Of a DNA stretch of 64,000 nt, positions 39,080-51,269 are shown one piece after another. The notes under the pieces were generated by a model, which had not been told where the DNA came from, made no database searches, and saw only the letters and a program-made list of their open reading frames with translations. The stretch is from positions 1-64,000 of the forward strand of contig NIVC01000915.1 in NCBI GenBank assembly GCA_002269645.1. Direction: 5' to 3'. Both the position numbers and the translations under genes were made by a program. Numbering within the stretch: the first letter of the stretch is position 1; every line of letters starts with the position of its first letter. The DNA comes from Macrostomum lignano. Its lineage: Eukaryota.

Positions 39080-42000
39080 ATGCTAGTGCTACTCGAGTCC
39101 TCCGCCGGCTTCGCCATCTTCAAGGTGCTAGACGAGAAGCGGCTAGTGGAGAGCCAGAATGTGCTCGGCGACTTTGCCGACGCCTCCGCCGCCGCCTCGG
39201 CCGTTCAGCTGTGTCAGTTTGTCAAGTTCGATGACATCACGGAGGCCCTGGCAGCCACCACTTCCCTGCTGGAGGGCCGCATCAGCAAGAAGCTGCGCAA
39301 GGCATTGCGCAAACTGCAGACCACCGAAGTGCTCGACGGAGTTCTCGGCGTTGCCGACTCTCGGCTGGGCAGCGCCATCAAGGAGAAGCTGGGCATCGGC
39401 TGCGTGTGCAGCTCGGCCGTGATGGAGCTGGTGCGGGCCATCCGGTCCCAAATAGACGCCCTGCTGCCCCAGGTGGCGCCGCGAGAGATGGCGGCTATGC
39501 AGCTGGGACTGGCGCACAGCCTGAGCAGGTAAGCTCACATTGCGTGCGAGCTGTTTTGGCTGGATTAGCAATCCATCTTGCTCTTTGTTGACTAGATTAG
39601 CAATCCATCTTGCTCTTTGCTGACTAGATTAGCAATCCATCTTGCTCTTTGTTGACTAGATTAGCAATCCATCTTGCTCTTTGTTGACTAGATTAGCAAT
39701 CCATCTTGCTCTTTGTTGACTAGATTAGCAATCCATCTTGCTCTTTGTTGACCAGATTAGCAATCCATCTTGCTCTTTGTTGACCAGATTAGCAATCCAT
39801 CTTGCTCTTTGTTGACTAGATTAGCAATCCATCTTGCTCTTTGTTGATTAGATTAGCAATCCATCTTGCTCTTTGTTGACTAGATTAGCAATCCATCTTG
39901 CTCTCTGTTGACTAGATTAGCAATCCATATTGCTCTTTGTTGACTAGATTAGCAATCCATCTTGCTCTTTGTTGACTAGATTAGTAATCCATCTTGCTCT
40001 CTGTTGACTAGATTAGCAATCCATCTTGCTCTCTGTTGACTAGATTAGCAATCCATCTTGCTCTTTGTTGACTAGATTAGCAATCCAGCTTGCTCTTTGT
40101 TAACTAGATTAGCAATCCAGCTTGCTCTCTGTTGATGTTGACTAGATTAGCAATCCATCTTGCTCTTTGTTGACTAGATTAGCAATCCATCTTGCTCTTT
40201 GTTGACTAGATTAGCAATCCATCTTGCTCTTTGTTGACTATATTAGCAATCCAGCTTGCTCTCTGTTGATGTTGACTAGATTAGCAATCCATCTTGCTCT
40301 TTGTAGACTAGATTAGCAATCCATCTTGCTCTTTGTTGACTAGATTAGCAATCCATCTTGCTCTTTGTTGACCAGATTGGCAATCCATCTTGCTCTTTGT
40401 TGACTAGATTAGCAATCCATCTTGCTCTTTGTTGACCAGATTAGCAATCCAGCTTGCTCTTTGTTAACTAGATTAGCAATCCAGCTTGCTCTCTGTTGAT
40501 GTTGACTAGATTAGCAATCCATCTTGCTCTTTGTTGACTAGATTAGCAATCCAGCTTGCTCTCTGTTGATGTTGACTAGATTAGCAATCCATCTTGCTCT
40601 TTGTTGACTAGATTAGCAATCCATCTTGCTCTTTGTTGACCAGATTGGCAATCCATCTTGCTCTTTGTTGACTAGATTAGCAATCCATCTTGCTCTTTGT
40701 TGACCAGATTAGCAATCCATCTTGCTCTCTGTTGACTAGATTAGCAATCCATCTTGCTCTCTGTTGACCAGATTAGCAATCCATTATGTTCCTTCGTCGA
40801 TATATAGGCCAGGCCAGATTAGCGATCCATTGTTTTTTATCCATGTACTCTTTGTCTTGATTAGCAATAAATTCTGTTCCTTCACCCATTAACCCGCTGC
40901 CAACACCCTGCAGGTACAAGCTGAAGTTCAGCCCCGACAAGATCGACACAATGATTGTGCAGGCCATCTCCCTGCTGGACGACCTGGACAAGGAAACCAA
41001 CAACTACGTGATGCGCGTCAAGGAGATGTACGGCTGGCACTTTCCCGAGCTGGCCAAGATTGTGCAGGATGGCCAGGCCTACGTCAAAGCAGTCAAAACC
41101 ATGGGACTGCGGGAGAATGCCATTAGCACCGACCTGACCGAGTGCCTGCCGGAAGAGGTTTGTGTGACTTCACTCTGCTGTCTTCTGAGTTCTAAATGAG
41201 TGTTTCTGTAAACACTCTAATACCATCCCATCCCATCCCCAGTATGTACACCAATCCCATCCCCAGCATGTACACCAATCCCATCCCCAGCATGTACGCC
41301 AATCCCATCCCCAGCATGTACACCAATCCCATCCCCAGTATGTACACCAATCCCATCCCCAGTATGTAAGCCAATCCCATCCCCAGCATGTACACCAATC
41401 TTATCCCCAGCATGTACACCAATCCCATCCCCAGCATGTACGCCAATCCCATCCCCAGCATGTACACCAATCCCATCCCCAGCATGTACTCCAATCCCAT
41501 CCCCAGCATGTACACCAATCCCATCCCCAGTATGTACACCAATCCCATCCCCAGTATGTACGCCAATCCCATCCCCAGCATGTACACCAATCTTATCCCC
41601 AGCATGTACACAATCCCATCCCCAGCATGTACGCCAATCCCATCCCCAGCATGTACGCCAATCCCATCCCCAGCATGTACACAATCCCATCCCCAGCATG
41701 TACGCCAATCCCATCCCCAGCATGTACGCCAATCCCATCCCCAGCATGTACACCAATCCCATCCCCAGCATGTACACCAATCCCATCCCCAGCATGTACG
41801 CCAATACCATCCCAGCATGTACACCAATCCCATCCCCAGCATGTACACCAATCCCATCCCCAGCATGTACGCCAATCCCATCCCCAGCATGTACACCAAT
41901 CCCATCCCCAGCATGTACGCCAATACCATCCCAGCATGTACACCAACCCGAACTCATTCCCCACAGATAATTGAAGATGTGCGCAACGCCGCTTTGGTGT

Positions 42001-43781
42001 CGCTGGGCACGGAGATGACGGATGCGGATTTGGTCGCAGTGCACTCAATGTGCGACCAGGTGTCCGAGATGAGCGAATACCGAACTCAGCTCTATGACTA
42101 CATTCGCAGCCGCATGAATGCCGTAGCGCCAAATCTGACGGTGCTGGTCGGCGAGCTGGTCGGCGCCCGCCTGATCTCTCACGCCGGCACACTGCTGTCT
42201 CTGGCCAAGCACCCGTCATCAACGGTGCAGATTCTCGGCGCCGAGAAGGCGCTATTCCGCGCGCTCAAGACCAAGCACCAGACTCCGAAGTACGGCCTGC
42301 TGTACCACGCCTCCCTGGTCGGTCAGGCCAACGCCAAGATCAAAGGCAAAATCTCCCGCATGCTGGCCGCCAAGACCTCTCTGGCCATCCGCGTTGATGC
42401 ACTGGGCGAAGGCGACAGCGTCGGCCCGGACATGGGCCTGGCCAGCAGGGCGTACCTGGAGCGCCGGCTCAAGAGCCTGGAGTCCGGAGGCGGCCGCGGC
42501 GGCCTCGGCCGGGCCCGCGCCCAGTCGGACCGCTTCGTGCCGGACTTCGGGCCCTCCGGCGCCGGCTACACCGGCAAGCGGGACGCCGACGCGTCGGCCG
42601 CCAACGCCGAGCAGCGCGGCGAGAAGCGGCCGGCTGCAGCCGTCGGCGGAGACGGCGACTCCGAGGCTGCGTCAGCTTCGTCGCCGCCAAAGAAGAAAAA
42701 GAAGCAGCAGCGCGATGAGCAGGCGGTGAGTGGCGCTGCTCTTGTTGCGGCATTTGTTGGGGTATAAAAGGACTCACGAAAATGATGTCAGTATGGAACT
42801 TCCTGGAGAAGTATGAAAATTCCCTGGAATCAGCGTGAGGATTCACTAGGATCAGTATGGGGATTCCCTGGGATCAGTGTGGGGAATCCATGAGATCAGT
42901 GTGGGATTCCATGAGATCAGTGTGAGGATTCACTAGGATCAGTATGGGGATTCCCTTGGATCAGTGTGGGGAATCCATGAGATCAGTGTGGGGAATCCAT
43001 GAGATCAGTGTGGGGAATCCATGAGATCAGTGTGGGATTCCATGAGATCAGTGTGGGATTCCATGAGATCAGTGTGGGACTCCATAGGATCAGTGTTGGG
43101 AATCCATGAGATTAGTGTGGGATTCCATGAGATCAGTGTGGGACTCCATGAGATCAGTGTGGGATTCCATGAGATCAGTGTGGGACTCCATGGGATCAGT
43201 GTGGGATTCCATGAGATCAGTGTGGGATTCCATGAGATCAGTGTGGGACTCCATGGGATCAGTGTGGGACTCCCTGGGATCAGTGTGGGACTCCATAGGA
43301 TCAGTGTGGGGTTACAGAAAATCAGTGTGGGATTCCATAAGATCAGTGTGGGATTCCATGGGATCAGTGTGGGGAATCTATGAGATCAGTGTGGGATTCC
43401 ATAAGATCAGTGTGGGATTTCATGAGATCAGTGTGGGACTCCATGGGATCAGTGTGGGACTCCATGGGATCAGTGTGGGGTTACAGAAGATAACTGAAAC
43501 GGTGAAAGATGAAAACAGAAGTTTCCTAGTGAGCAACGATGCAAGTTACGAGAGGATGAAATGTACTTTAGACTGACCCGAAATCACGAGCTTCCCACCT
43601 TGCACTCGCATTGCAGGCGGAGGTGAAGCAGGAGCCTGGTGAGGAGCAGCCCGCCTCAGCCAAGAAGGCCAAGAAAAAGCACCGCGAAGAGGCGGCCGCG
43701 GTGGAGCCTCAAGAAGAAGAGGCGGCGGCGCCCCAGTCCGACAAGAAGAAAAAGAAGAAAGCCAGGCAGTCCGTGGCCTGA
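39080..43781 (+). CDS. NOP58: Nucleolar protein 58 (box C/D snoRNP); exons 39080-39528, 40914-41157, 41967-42725, 43617-43781
   Basis: [20 protein letters not shown] start, [47 protein letters not shown] domain ([32 protein letters not shown]), and Lys-rich tail. All junctions are GT/AG and in frame. Confidence 0.97.
39560..40785. repeat. NOP58 intron-1 minisatellite, 32-bp unit gactagattagcaatccatcttgctctttgtt
   Basis: Direct tandem copies. Confidence 0.95.
41222..41945. repeat. NOP58 intron-2 minisatellite, 24-bp unit tgtacaccaatcccatccccagca
   Basis: Direct tandem copies. Confidence 0.95.
42830..43485. repeat. NOP58 intron-3 minisatellite, 21-bp unit atgagatcagtgtgggattcc
   Basis: Direct tandem copies. 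Confidence 0.95.
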
Positions 43782-43957
43782 TGGGAAACAGGGCCCTCGG
43801 CTCTGTTGCTGTTTAAAACTATTCTGTTACTATTTGGGCGTAATTGACAAATGCGTTTTATTATTGTTTGAATTTTGGGCTTCTCAACCTGCGTAGCAGC
43901 AATTTTTACTTGAGTTGCAAAGTCTATATTGAGTTGGACTGCAGGCTGCATTATTCT

Positions 43958-44282
43958 GTTGCTAAGGGGAACTCAGTTACTGAGGAAAGCTCCTGTTGCT
44001 AGGGGGAACTCAGTTACTGAGGAAAGCTCCTGTTGCTAGGGAAACTTAGTTACTTAGAAAATCTCCTGTTGCTATGGGGAAACTCAGTTACTGAGGAAAG
44101 CTCCTGTTGCTATGGAGAAACTCAGTTACTGAGGAAAGCTCCTGTTGCTAGGGGAACTCAGTTACTGAGGAAAGCTCCTGTTGCTAGGGGGAACTCAGCT
44201 ACTGAGGAAAGCTCCTGTTGCTATGGGGAAACTCAGTTACTGAGGAAAGCTCCTGTTGCTATGGGGAAACTCAGTTACTGAA
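43958..44282. repeat. ~38-bp minisatellite gaggaaagctcctgttgctatggggaaactcagttact
   Basis: Tandem copies downstream of the NOP58 stop. Confidence 0.9.
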
Positions 44283-44761
44283 GAGATGTAACTAAAACCC
44301 CTTTGCTGGAGGAAATTCCACTACTAGGGTAAAGTTGTTCCTACGCAGCATGAACGCAACGTGGATTTGGTTTTTGACGGCCCTGATGGCCCCTCTAGTT
44401 CTGTTTTTTCCCCGGCATTTCCGCCCTCCAAATCCGTATCGTGCATCAGTTCTGTTAGCCAAAATTAATATTTTACCCGCTTGTTACCGCATGGCAACTG
44501 TCTCTATGCGGTAAATCCCGATTGGCTGCAGCTGCATTTTCCCGCCGTTAGCGCGCGTGCGTTTGCGTTTGTGTGCTGGTTTGTACAGAAGCGAAACAAT
44601 TGCATTGAAAATGCGACCGATAATAACTTTTTGCTGGGCCGTACTGAGGCAGTTCATTTTGTTTTATGATTGAGAAAATTGGAATAAAAATGGCTTGACT
44701 TCTTTATTTCATCCTGCGTTTATAAGAGACATCATATGTCTATAATTTGTTTCCTGTATAT

Positions 44762-45213
44762 AGCAGTGACGTCATACAACCCTAGTTAGTTTAATTTATA
44801 CAGAAGTGACGTCATAGGACCCTAGTTAGTTTCATGTATGCAGCAGTGACGTCATAGGACTCTAGTTAGTTTCATGTCTGCAGCAGTGACGTCATAGGAC
44901 TCTAGTTAGTTTCATGTATGCAGCAGTGACGTCATAGGACTCTAGTTAGTTTCATGTATGCAGCAGTGACGTCATAGGACTCTAGTTAGTTTCATGTATG
45001 CAGCAGTGACGTCATAGGACTCTAGTTAGTTTCATGTCTGCAGCAGTGACGTCATAGGACCCTAGTTAGTTTCGTGTATGCAGCAGTGACGTCATAGGAC
45101 CCTAGTTAGTTTCATGTATGCAGCAGTGACGTCATAGGACTCTAGTTAGTTTCGTGTATGCAGCAGTGACGTCATAGGACCCTAGTTAGTTTCGTGTATG
45201 CAGAAATGACGCC
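44762..45213. repeat. 40-bp minisatellite carrying a TGACGTCA (CRE) palindrome in each unit
   Basis: Unit gcagcagtgacgtcataggactctagttagtttcatgtat, with 11 perfect TGACGTCA at 40-bp spacing (44767 to 45167). Confidence 0.9.
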
Positions 45214-45339
45214 ATGGAATATTGATTCGTTTTTTGTCGCTTGCTTCATTGAGTGATAAGAAGAAATTATTATAAAACTTGTTGCCTGCCGTAAGCAGCA
45301 AGATCAGTTTTTTATTCATTCAACTTGTCGCTTGCAGCC

Positions 45340-46080
45340 ATGGGATTCAGAGGCGGTGGCGGCGGCGGTCGCGGAGGAGGTCGCGGCGGCGGTGGCGGAT
45401 TTCGCGGAGGTCGCGGCGGCGGCTTCCGAGGCGGCGGTTTCCGAGGCGGCCGCGGTGGCGGAGGCGGCGGCCGGTACGAGGACCAGGGCCCGCCGGCCAG
45501 CGTGGACGAGGTCGGCTACTTCATGCAGCCGTGCGTGGAGGACATGGTGTGCAAGCTGACGCACGAGAAGATTCCCTACTTCAATGCGCCCATCTTCCTG
45601 GAGAACAAGGAGCAAATCGGCAAGGTGGACGAGATATTCGGTCCCATCAAGGACGCGTACTTCTCCGTGAAGATGGCGCCCGGCGTGAAGTGCCAGTCGC
45701 TCGGCAAGGACACGAAGGTGTTCATTGACTCCATGAAGCTGCTGCCGTTGGCCAGGTTTCTGCCGCAGCCGCGCGGCGCTCCGAGGGGCGGCAGGGGCGG
45801 ACGCGGCGGGGACCGCGGTCGGGGCGGCTTCGATAGGGGCCGAGGCGGTGGCGGCCGCGGCGGCGGCTTTGATCGCGGGCGGGGTGGCGGTCGCGGTGGC
45901 TTTGACCGTGGACGCGGAGGTCGCGGTGGCGGCTTTGACCGCGGTCGCGGCGGCGGTCGGGGCGGCTTTGACCGCGGCGGCGGTCGCGGCGGCTTTGACC
46001 GGGGCGGCGGTCGAGGCGGCGGCTTTGGCGATCGGCGGCACAGCGAAGGACCGCCGGCTAAGCGGACGAAATTCGAGTGA
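45340..46080 (+). CDS. GAR1: H/ACA snoRNP subunit GAR1, intronless CDS (246 aa)
   Basis: RGG-rich N- and C-termini flank the core [63 protein letters not shown]. Confidence 0.97.
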   Translation: MGFRGGGGGGRGGGRGGGGGFRGGRGGGFRGGGFRGGRGGGGGGRYEDQGPPASVDEVGYFMQPCVEDMVCKLTHEKIPYFNAPIFLENKEQIGKVDEIFGPIKDAYFSVKMAPGVKCQSLGKDTKVFIDSMKLLPLARFLPQPRGAPRGGRGGRGGDRGRGGFDRGRGGGGRGGGFDRGRGGGRGGFDRGRGGRGGGFDRGRGGGRGGFDRGGGRGGFDRGGGRGGGFGDRRHSEGPPAKRTKFE

Positions 46081-46479
46081 AACAGAATTAGCGCAATCGA
46101 TGAAACAGCTCTAGTTTCAATTTTCATAGCAAATTAGGCTTGTGCAAATTTTCCTAATCAATACTTGGGTTTAGTTCGTAAATTTCCAGTTAAATTGTGT
46201 GTACTGCTCGCAAGCTGCTTGAATCCCGCTGGCTTCCGGTGCATTTCCGCTCTGCCTGTTGCGTCAACCTGTTCTGTCTGTGTACATAAAATATAGCGGT
46301 GAAAATGATGCTAAATAACTCTTTTTGTCTGGCAGCAGTGCTCTGATTATTATTGGTAAGAAACTTAACTGGCTTCTGTTGTTTGTCGATTTTTTTGGAC
46401 TCACTACTGATCTTTGGCCTGCTACTGACGTACTTCAAATCCTCTGTTTACTTGCTGCTGACTTCAAATCCTCTGTTTA

Positions 46480-47535
46480 CTTGCTGCTGACTTCAAATCC
46501 TCAACTTGGTTTACTGCTGTCTCCAAATCCTCAGCTTGGTCCACCGCTGTCTCCAAATCCTCAGCTTGGTCCACCGCTGTCTCCAAATCCTCAGCTTGGT
46601 CCACCGCTGTCTCCAAATCCTCAGCTTGGTCCACCGCTGTCTCCAAATCCTCAACTTGGTCCACCGCTGTCTCCAAATCCTCAGCTTGGTTTACTGCTGT
46701 CTCCAAATCCTCAGCTTGGTCCACCGCTGTCTCCAAATCCTCAACTTGGTCCACCGCTGTCTCCAAATCCTCAACTTGGTCCACCGCTGTCTCCAAATCC
46801 TCAGCTTGGTCCACCGCTGTCTCCAAATCCTCAGCTTGGTTTACTGCTGTCTCCAAATCCTCAGCTTGGTCCACCGCTGTCTACAAATCCTCAGCTTGGT
46901 TTACTGCTGTCTCCAAATCCTCAGCTTGGTCCACCGCTGTCTCCAAATCCTCAGCTTGGTCCACCGCTGTCTCCAAATCCTCAACTTGGTCCACCGCTGT
47001 CTCCAAATCCTCAACTTGGTCCACCGCTGTCTTCAAATCCTCAACTTGGTCCACCGCTGTCTCCAAACCCTCAACTTGGTCCATCGCTGTCTCCAAATCC
47101 TCAACTTGGTCCACCGCTGTCTCCAAATCCTCAGCTTGGTCCACCGCTGTCTCTAAATCCTCAGCTTGGTCCACCGCTGTCTCCAAATCCTCAGCTTGGT
47201 CCACCGCTGTCTCTAAATCCTCAGCTTGGTCCACCGCTGTCTTCAAATCCTCAACTTGGTTTACTGCTGTCTCCAAATCCTTAGCTTGGTCCACCGCTGT
47301 CTTCAAATCCTCAGCTTGGTTTACTGCTGTCTCCAAATCCTCAGCTTGGTCCACCGCTGTCTCCAAATCCTCAGCTTGGTCCACCGCTGTCTCCAAACCC
47401 TCAATTTGGTCCACCGCTGTCTCCAAATCCTCAGCTTGGTCCACCGCTGTCTCCAAACCCTCAATTTGGTCCACCGCTGTCTCCAAATCCTCAGCTTGGT
47501 CCACCGCTGTCTCCAAATCCTCAGCTTGGTCCACC
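46480..47535. repeat. 30-bp minisatellite ctccaaatcctcagcttggtccaccgctgt
   Basis: ~35 tandem copies. The long ORFs here are repeat artefacts. Confidence 0.95.
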
Positions 47536-48047
47536 GTGTGTACCTCTAGTCTACATGGGAAGTGCTCCCGTGTTAGGCTAGGGGCAATGTCGTGTCTAAT
47601 GAACTCAATACTGCAGGCAAAATCTTTGTTCCAGTCAAGGACTCATAAATAATTCATTTCTGGGTAGACTGGGTAAAATAGTGCGCGCCACCACTAATGC
47701 AGCAGAATTATCTCACTAGCAGACTGAGAGACTGCTATAAAGTCTTCTATCCAGTAATGGTTATGCCAATAATGCTAGCGTCATAATTGCGTGGACTTTT
47801 TCTGTGAGTTGATGAAGAGCTAAGTAAAGACACTGGACTGAGGGCTGCACTGTACATCTAGCTAGCTAGAGAGACTGGGCCACGCCATTCATTGTCCTCC
47901 AGTACTGCTTGGAGTCCTCATTGGCTGCTGCAAGGTTTGCTTCAAACCGGTGAGAATGGGTAGTAAAAAAGACGTTCAGAAAGCGAGGCGAGAGAAAAGA
48001 GCCGACCGAGACCTCTCGACAGCCAACTGCCAGATCGGGTCCTCGGG

Positions 48048-49752
<1,705 letters not shown>

Positions 49753-50055
49753 AGCCCTGCTGGGGCTGGTCAGCTGATGCCGCGCTCTGAACCTGGCACC
49801 CTACTAGATTTTACTCGTACTTTCTTAGCTTTTCCCTGTTGGCTTTCAATGTCAGCACTGCTGTGTGTTCTATTCTACATAAATAAAAATATGAGCTATG
49901 TCACCTACACTCTACTAGTACTTATTTACTTGCAGTTGAAGTAGAAAAGAGCGCTAAATATGTTTGTTCTTTCAAAAAGCAACTTTAGGTCGCAATGTGA
50001 GTAGTCTGAAATAAACTGAAGCATTATGATTAATAGGGAATTTATTGGTTTAACG

Positions 50056-50526
50056 CACAGATTCTCAAATATCGAGATGGGCCACTCAGGCATACATACT
50101 TAGTAAAACAGCTTTCTACTTTCAGTTCAGTAGCAAAGAAGAATACATAAGCTATTTTAAAGGCAGCTGAAATGATTTGATAAGTTTTGAAGCCCAAGCT
50201 TGTAGGCGTAAACAACTTGCTAATTGGTTCAGCAATAATGTACATTGGCCAGTCCACTGAAATGTACATGGCAGATTTAGGCTGGAATTCAGAGAAAGGC
50301 AATAAAATTTGGGGCGGGGCGGGGTGGGGGGTAGTGTGGATAGGCGCACAGATACTAGTATCTGTGGATAGGCGCGGTGGGGGGGTTTAGGCTTGGGGTG
50401 AGAGTCAATAAATGAGCCTTAGCTTTAAAAATACATTAAAATGATTCAGTTTAACTTACTACTGAACTGAAAGTAGTTTACACGCAAATGTGCTGAGTGG
50501 CCCATCCAGTTATTCTAGTATATGTG
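50056..50526. mobile_element. Non-autonomous DNA transposon (CACAGATACT-type ends, 8-bp TSD; hAT or P superfamily), copy 1
   Basis: Ends cacagattct../..agtatatgtg, perfect TSD gtttaacg (50048-50055, 50527-50534), and inner inverted gatgggccactcag/ctgagtggcccatc. Confidence 0.9.
50347..50366. mobile_element. 20-bp TIR-only palindromic insertion with 8-bp TSD
   Basis: cacagatactagtatctgtg is flanked by gataggcg on both sides (50339-50346, 50367-50374). Copy 2 has a single gataggcg at this site. Confidence 0.8.
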
Positions 50527-51269
50527 GTTTAACGCAAGGGTGCCAAACTCAGGGGCTCTTGGCGACTCCTATTTCTGCCCGCAAAGTTGTTCCCACCGAG
50601 TCATAGTAAGGTTGCTCTCTAATGTTAAATGTTAGAAATGTGTACAAGCCGAGCAGAATGAAGCCCAAACAGTGACAGTACGCCACAAACTTCAAACCTT
50701 CTGTCTCAGTTTAAGACTTTAAGATCATTTGCCCTGCTTAATCGAGACTTTTATAACTCTCAGCTCTCTCTTTTCGATATGCTCGTTTGGGTGCTTGAGA
50801 CATTTGCCGATAAGGTTAGCGAAACAGCGAATAGGGCTGTCACAGCTGAGTGGCTCAATTCCTGCCGTCATGAACCCCGAGAATTTACGAGGCGACAGTT
50901 TAACATTTTATTGCTCAGAAATGTTTTTTCCCAATCAACTGAGCAGCACAGTTCGGCTCTGGGCGGGTCTCAAGACTACAGATAATTGCAGGTGTATCAG
51001 TGCTTATCTTTCGCAGTAATGAATACCTGAAACACCGCTTGTTGACGTCTTGCCGCCCGACTCCATGGCACCTGTCGCTTGGCCAATTGGTTGCTATGGC
51101 AACAGCACTACTACCGATAAGGCCCGGGCAGGTGATAGAGCAGCAGATAGCGCGCACAAAATTCTGGCATTAAAATGCAGGGCACTCTAATTCAGTTCGA
51201 AACCCGAGAGTCTCCCAGAGCCTTTTCTTTCTCATTGTCTTCTTCTGTTCTGCCTAGCAACTACTGAGC

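Noticed and set aside
41192-42044. Long repetitive ORFs ([16 protein letters not shown]) and the repetitive N-terminus of the 459-aa ORF
   Set aside because: Products of the 24-bp intronic minisatellite. Only 41967-42725 is a NOP58 exon.
43500-43580. Possible box C/D snoRNA in NOP58 intron 3 (CTGA near a short cgg/ccg stem)
   Set aside because: No canonical RUGAUGA box C and no convincing rRNA complementarity by eye. It would need snoscan/Infernal.
46325-47549. 319-aa (LSPNPQLGPP)n and related ORFs
   Set aside because: A 30-bp unit is open in several frames by construction, with no unique coding flanks or splice context.
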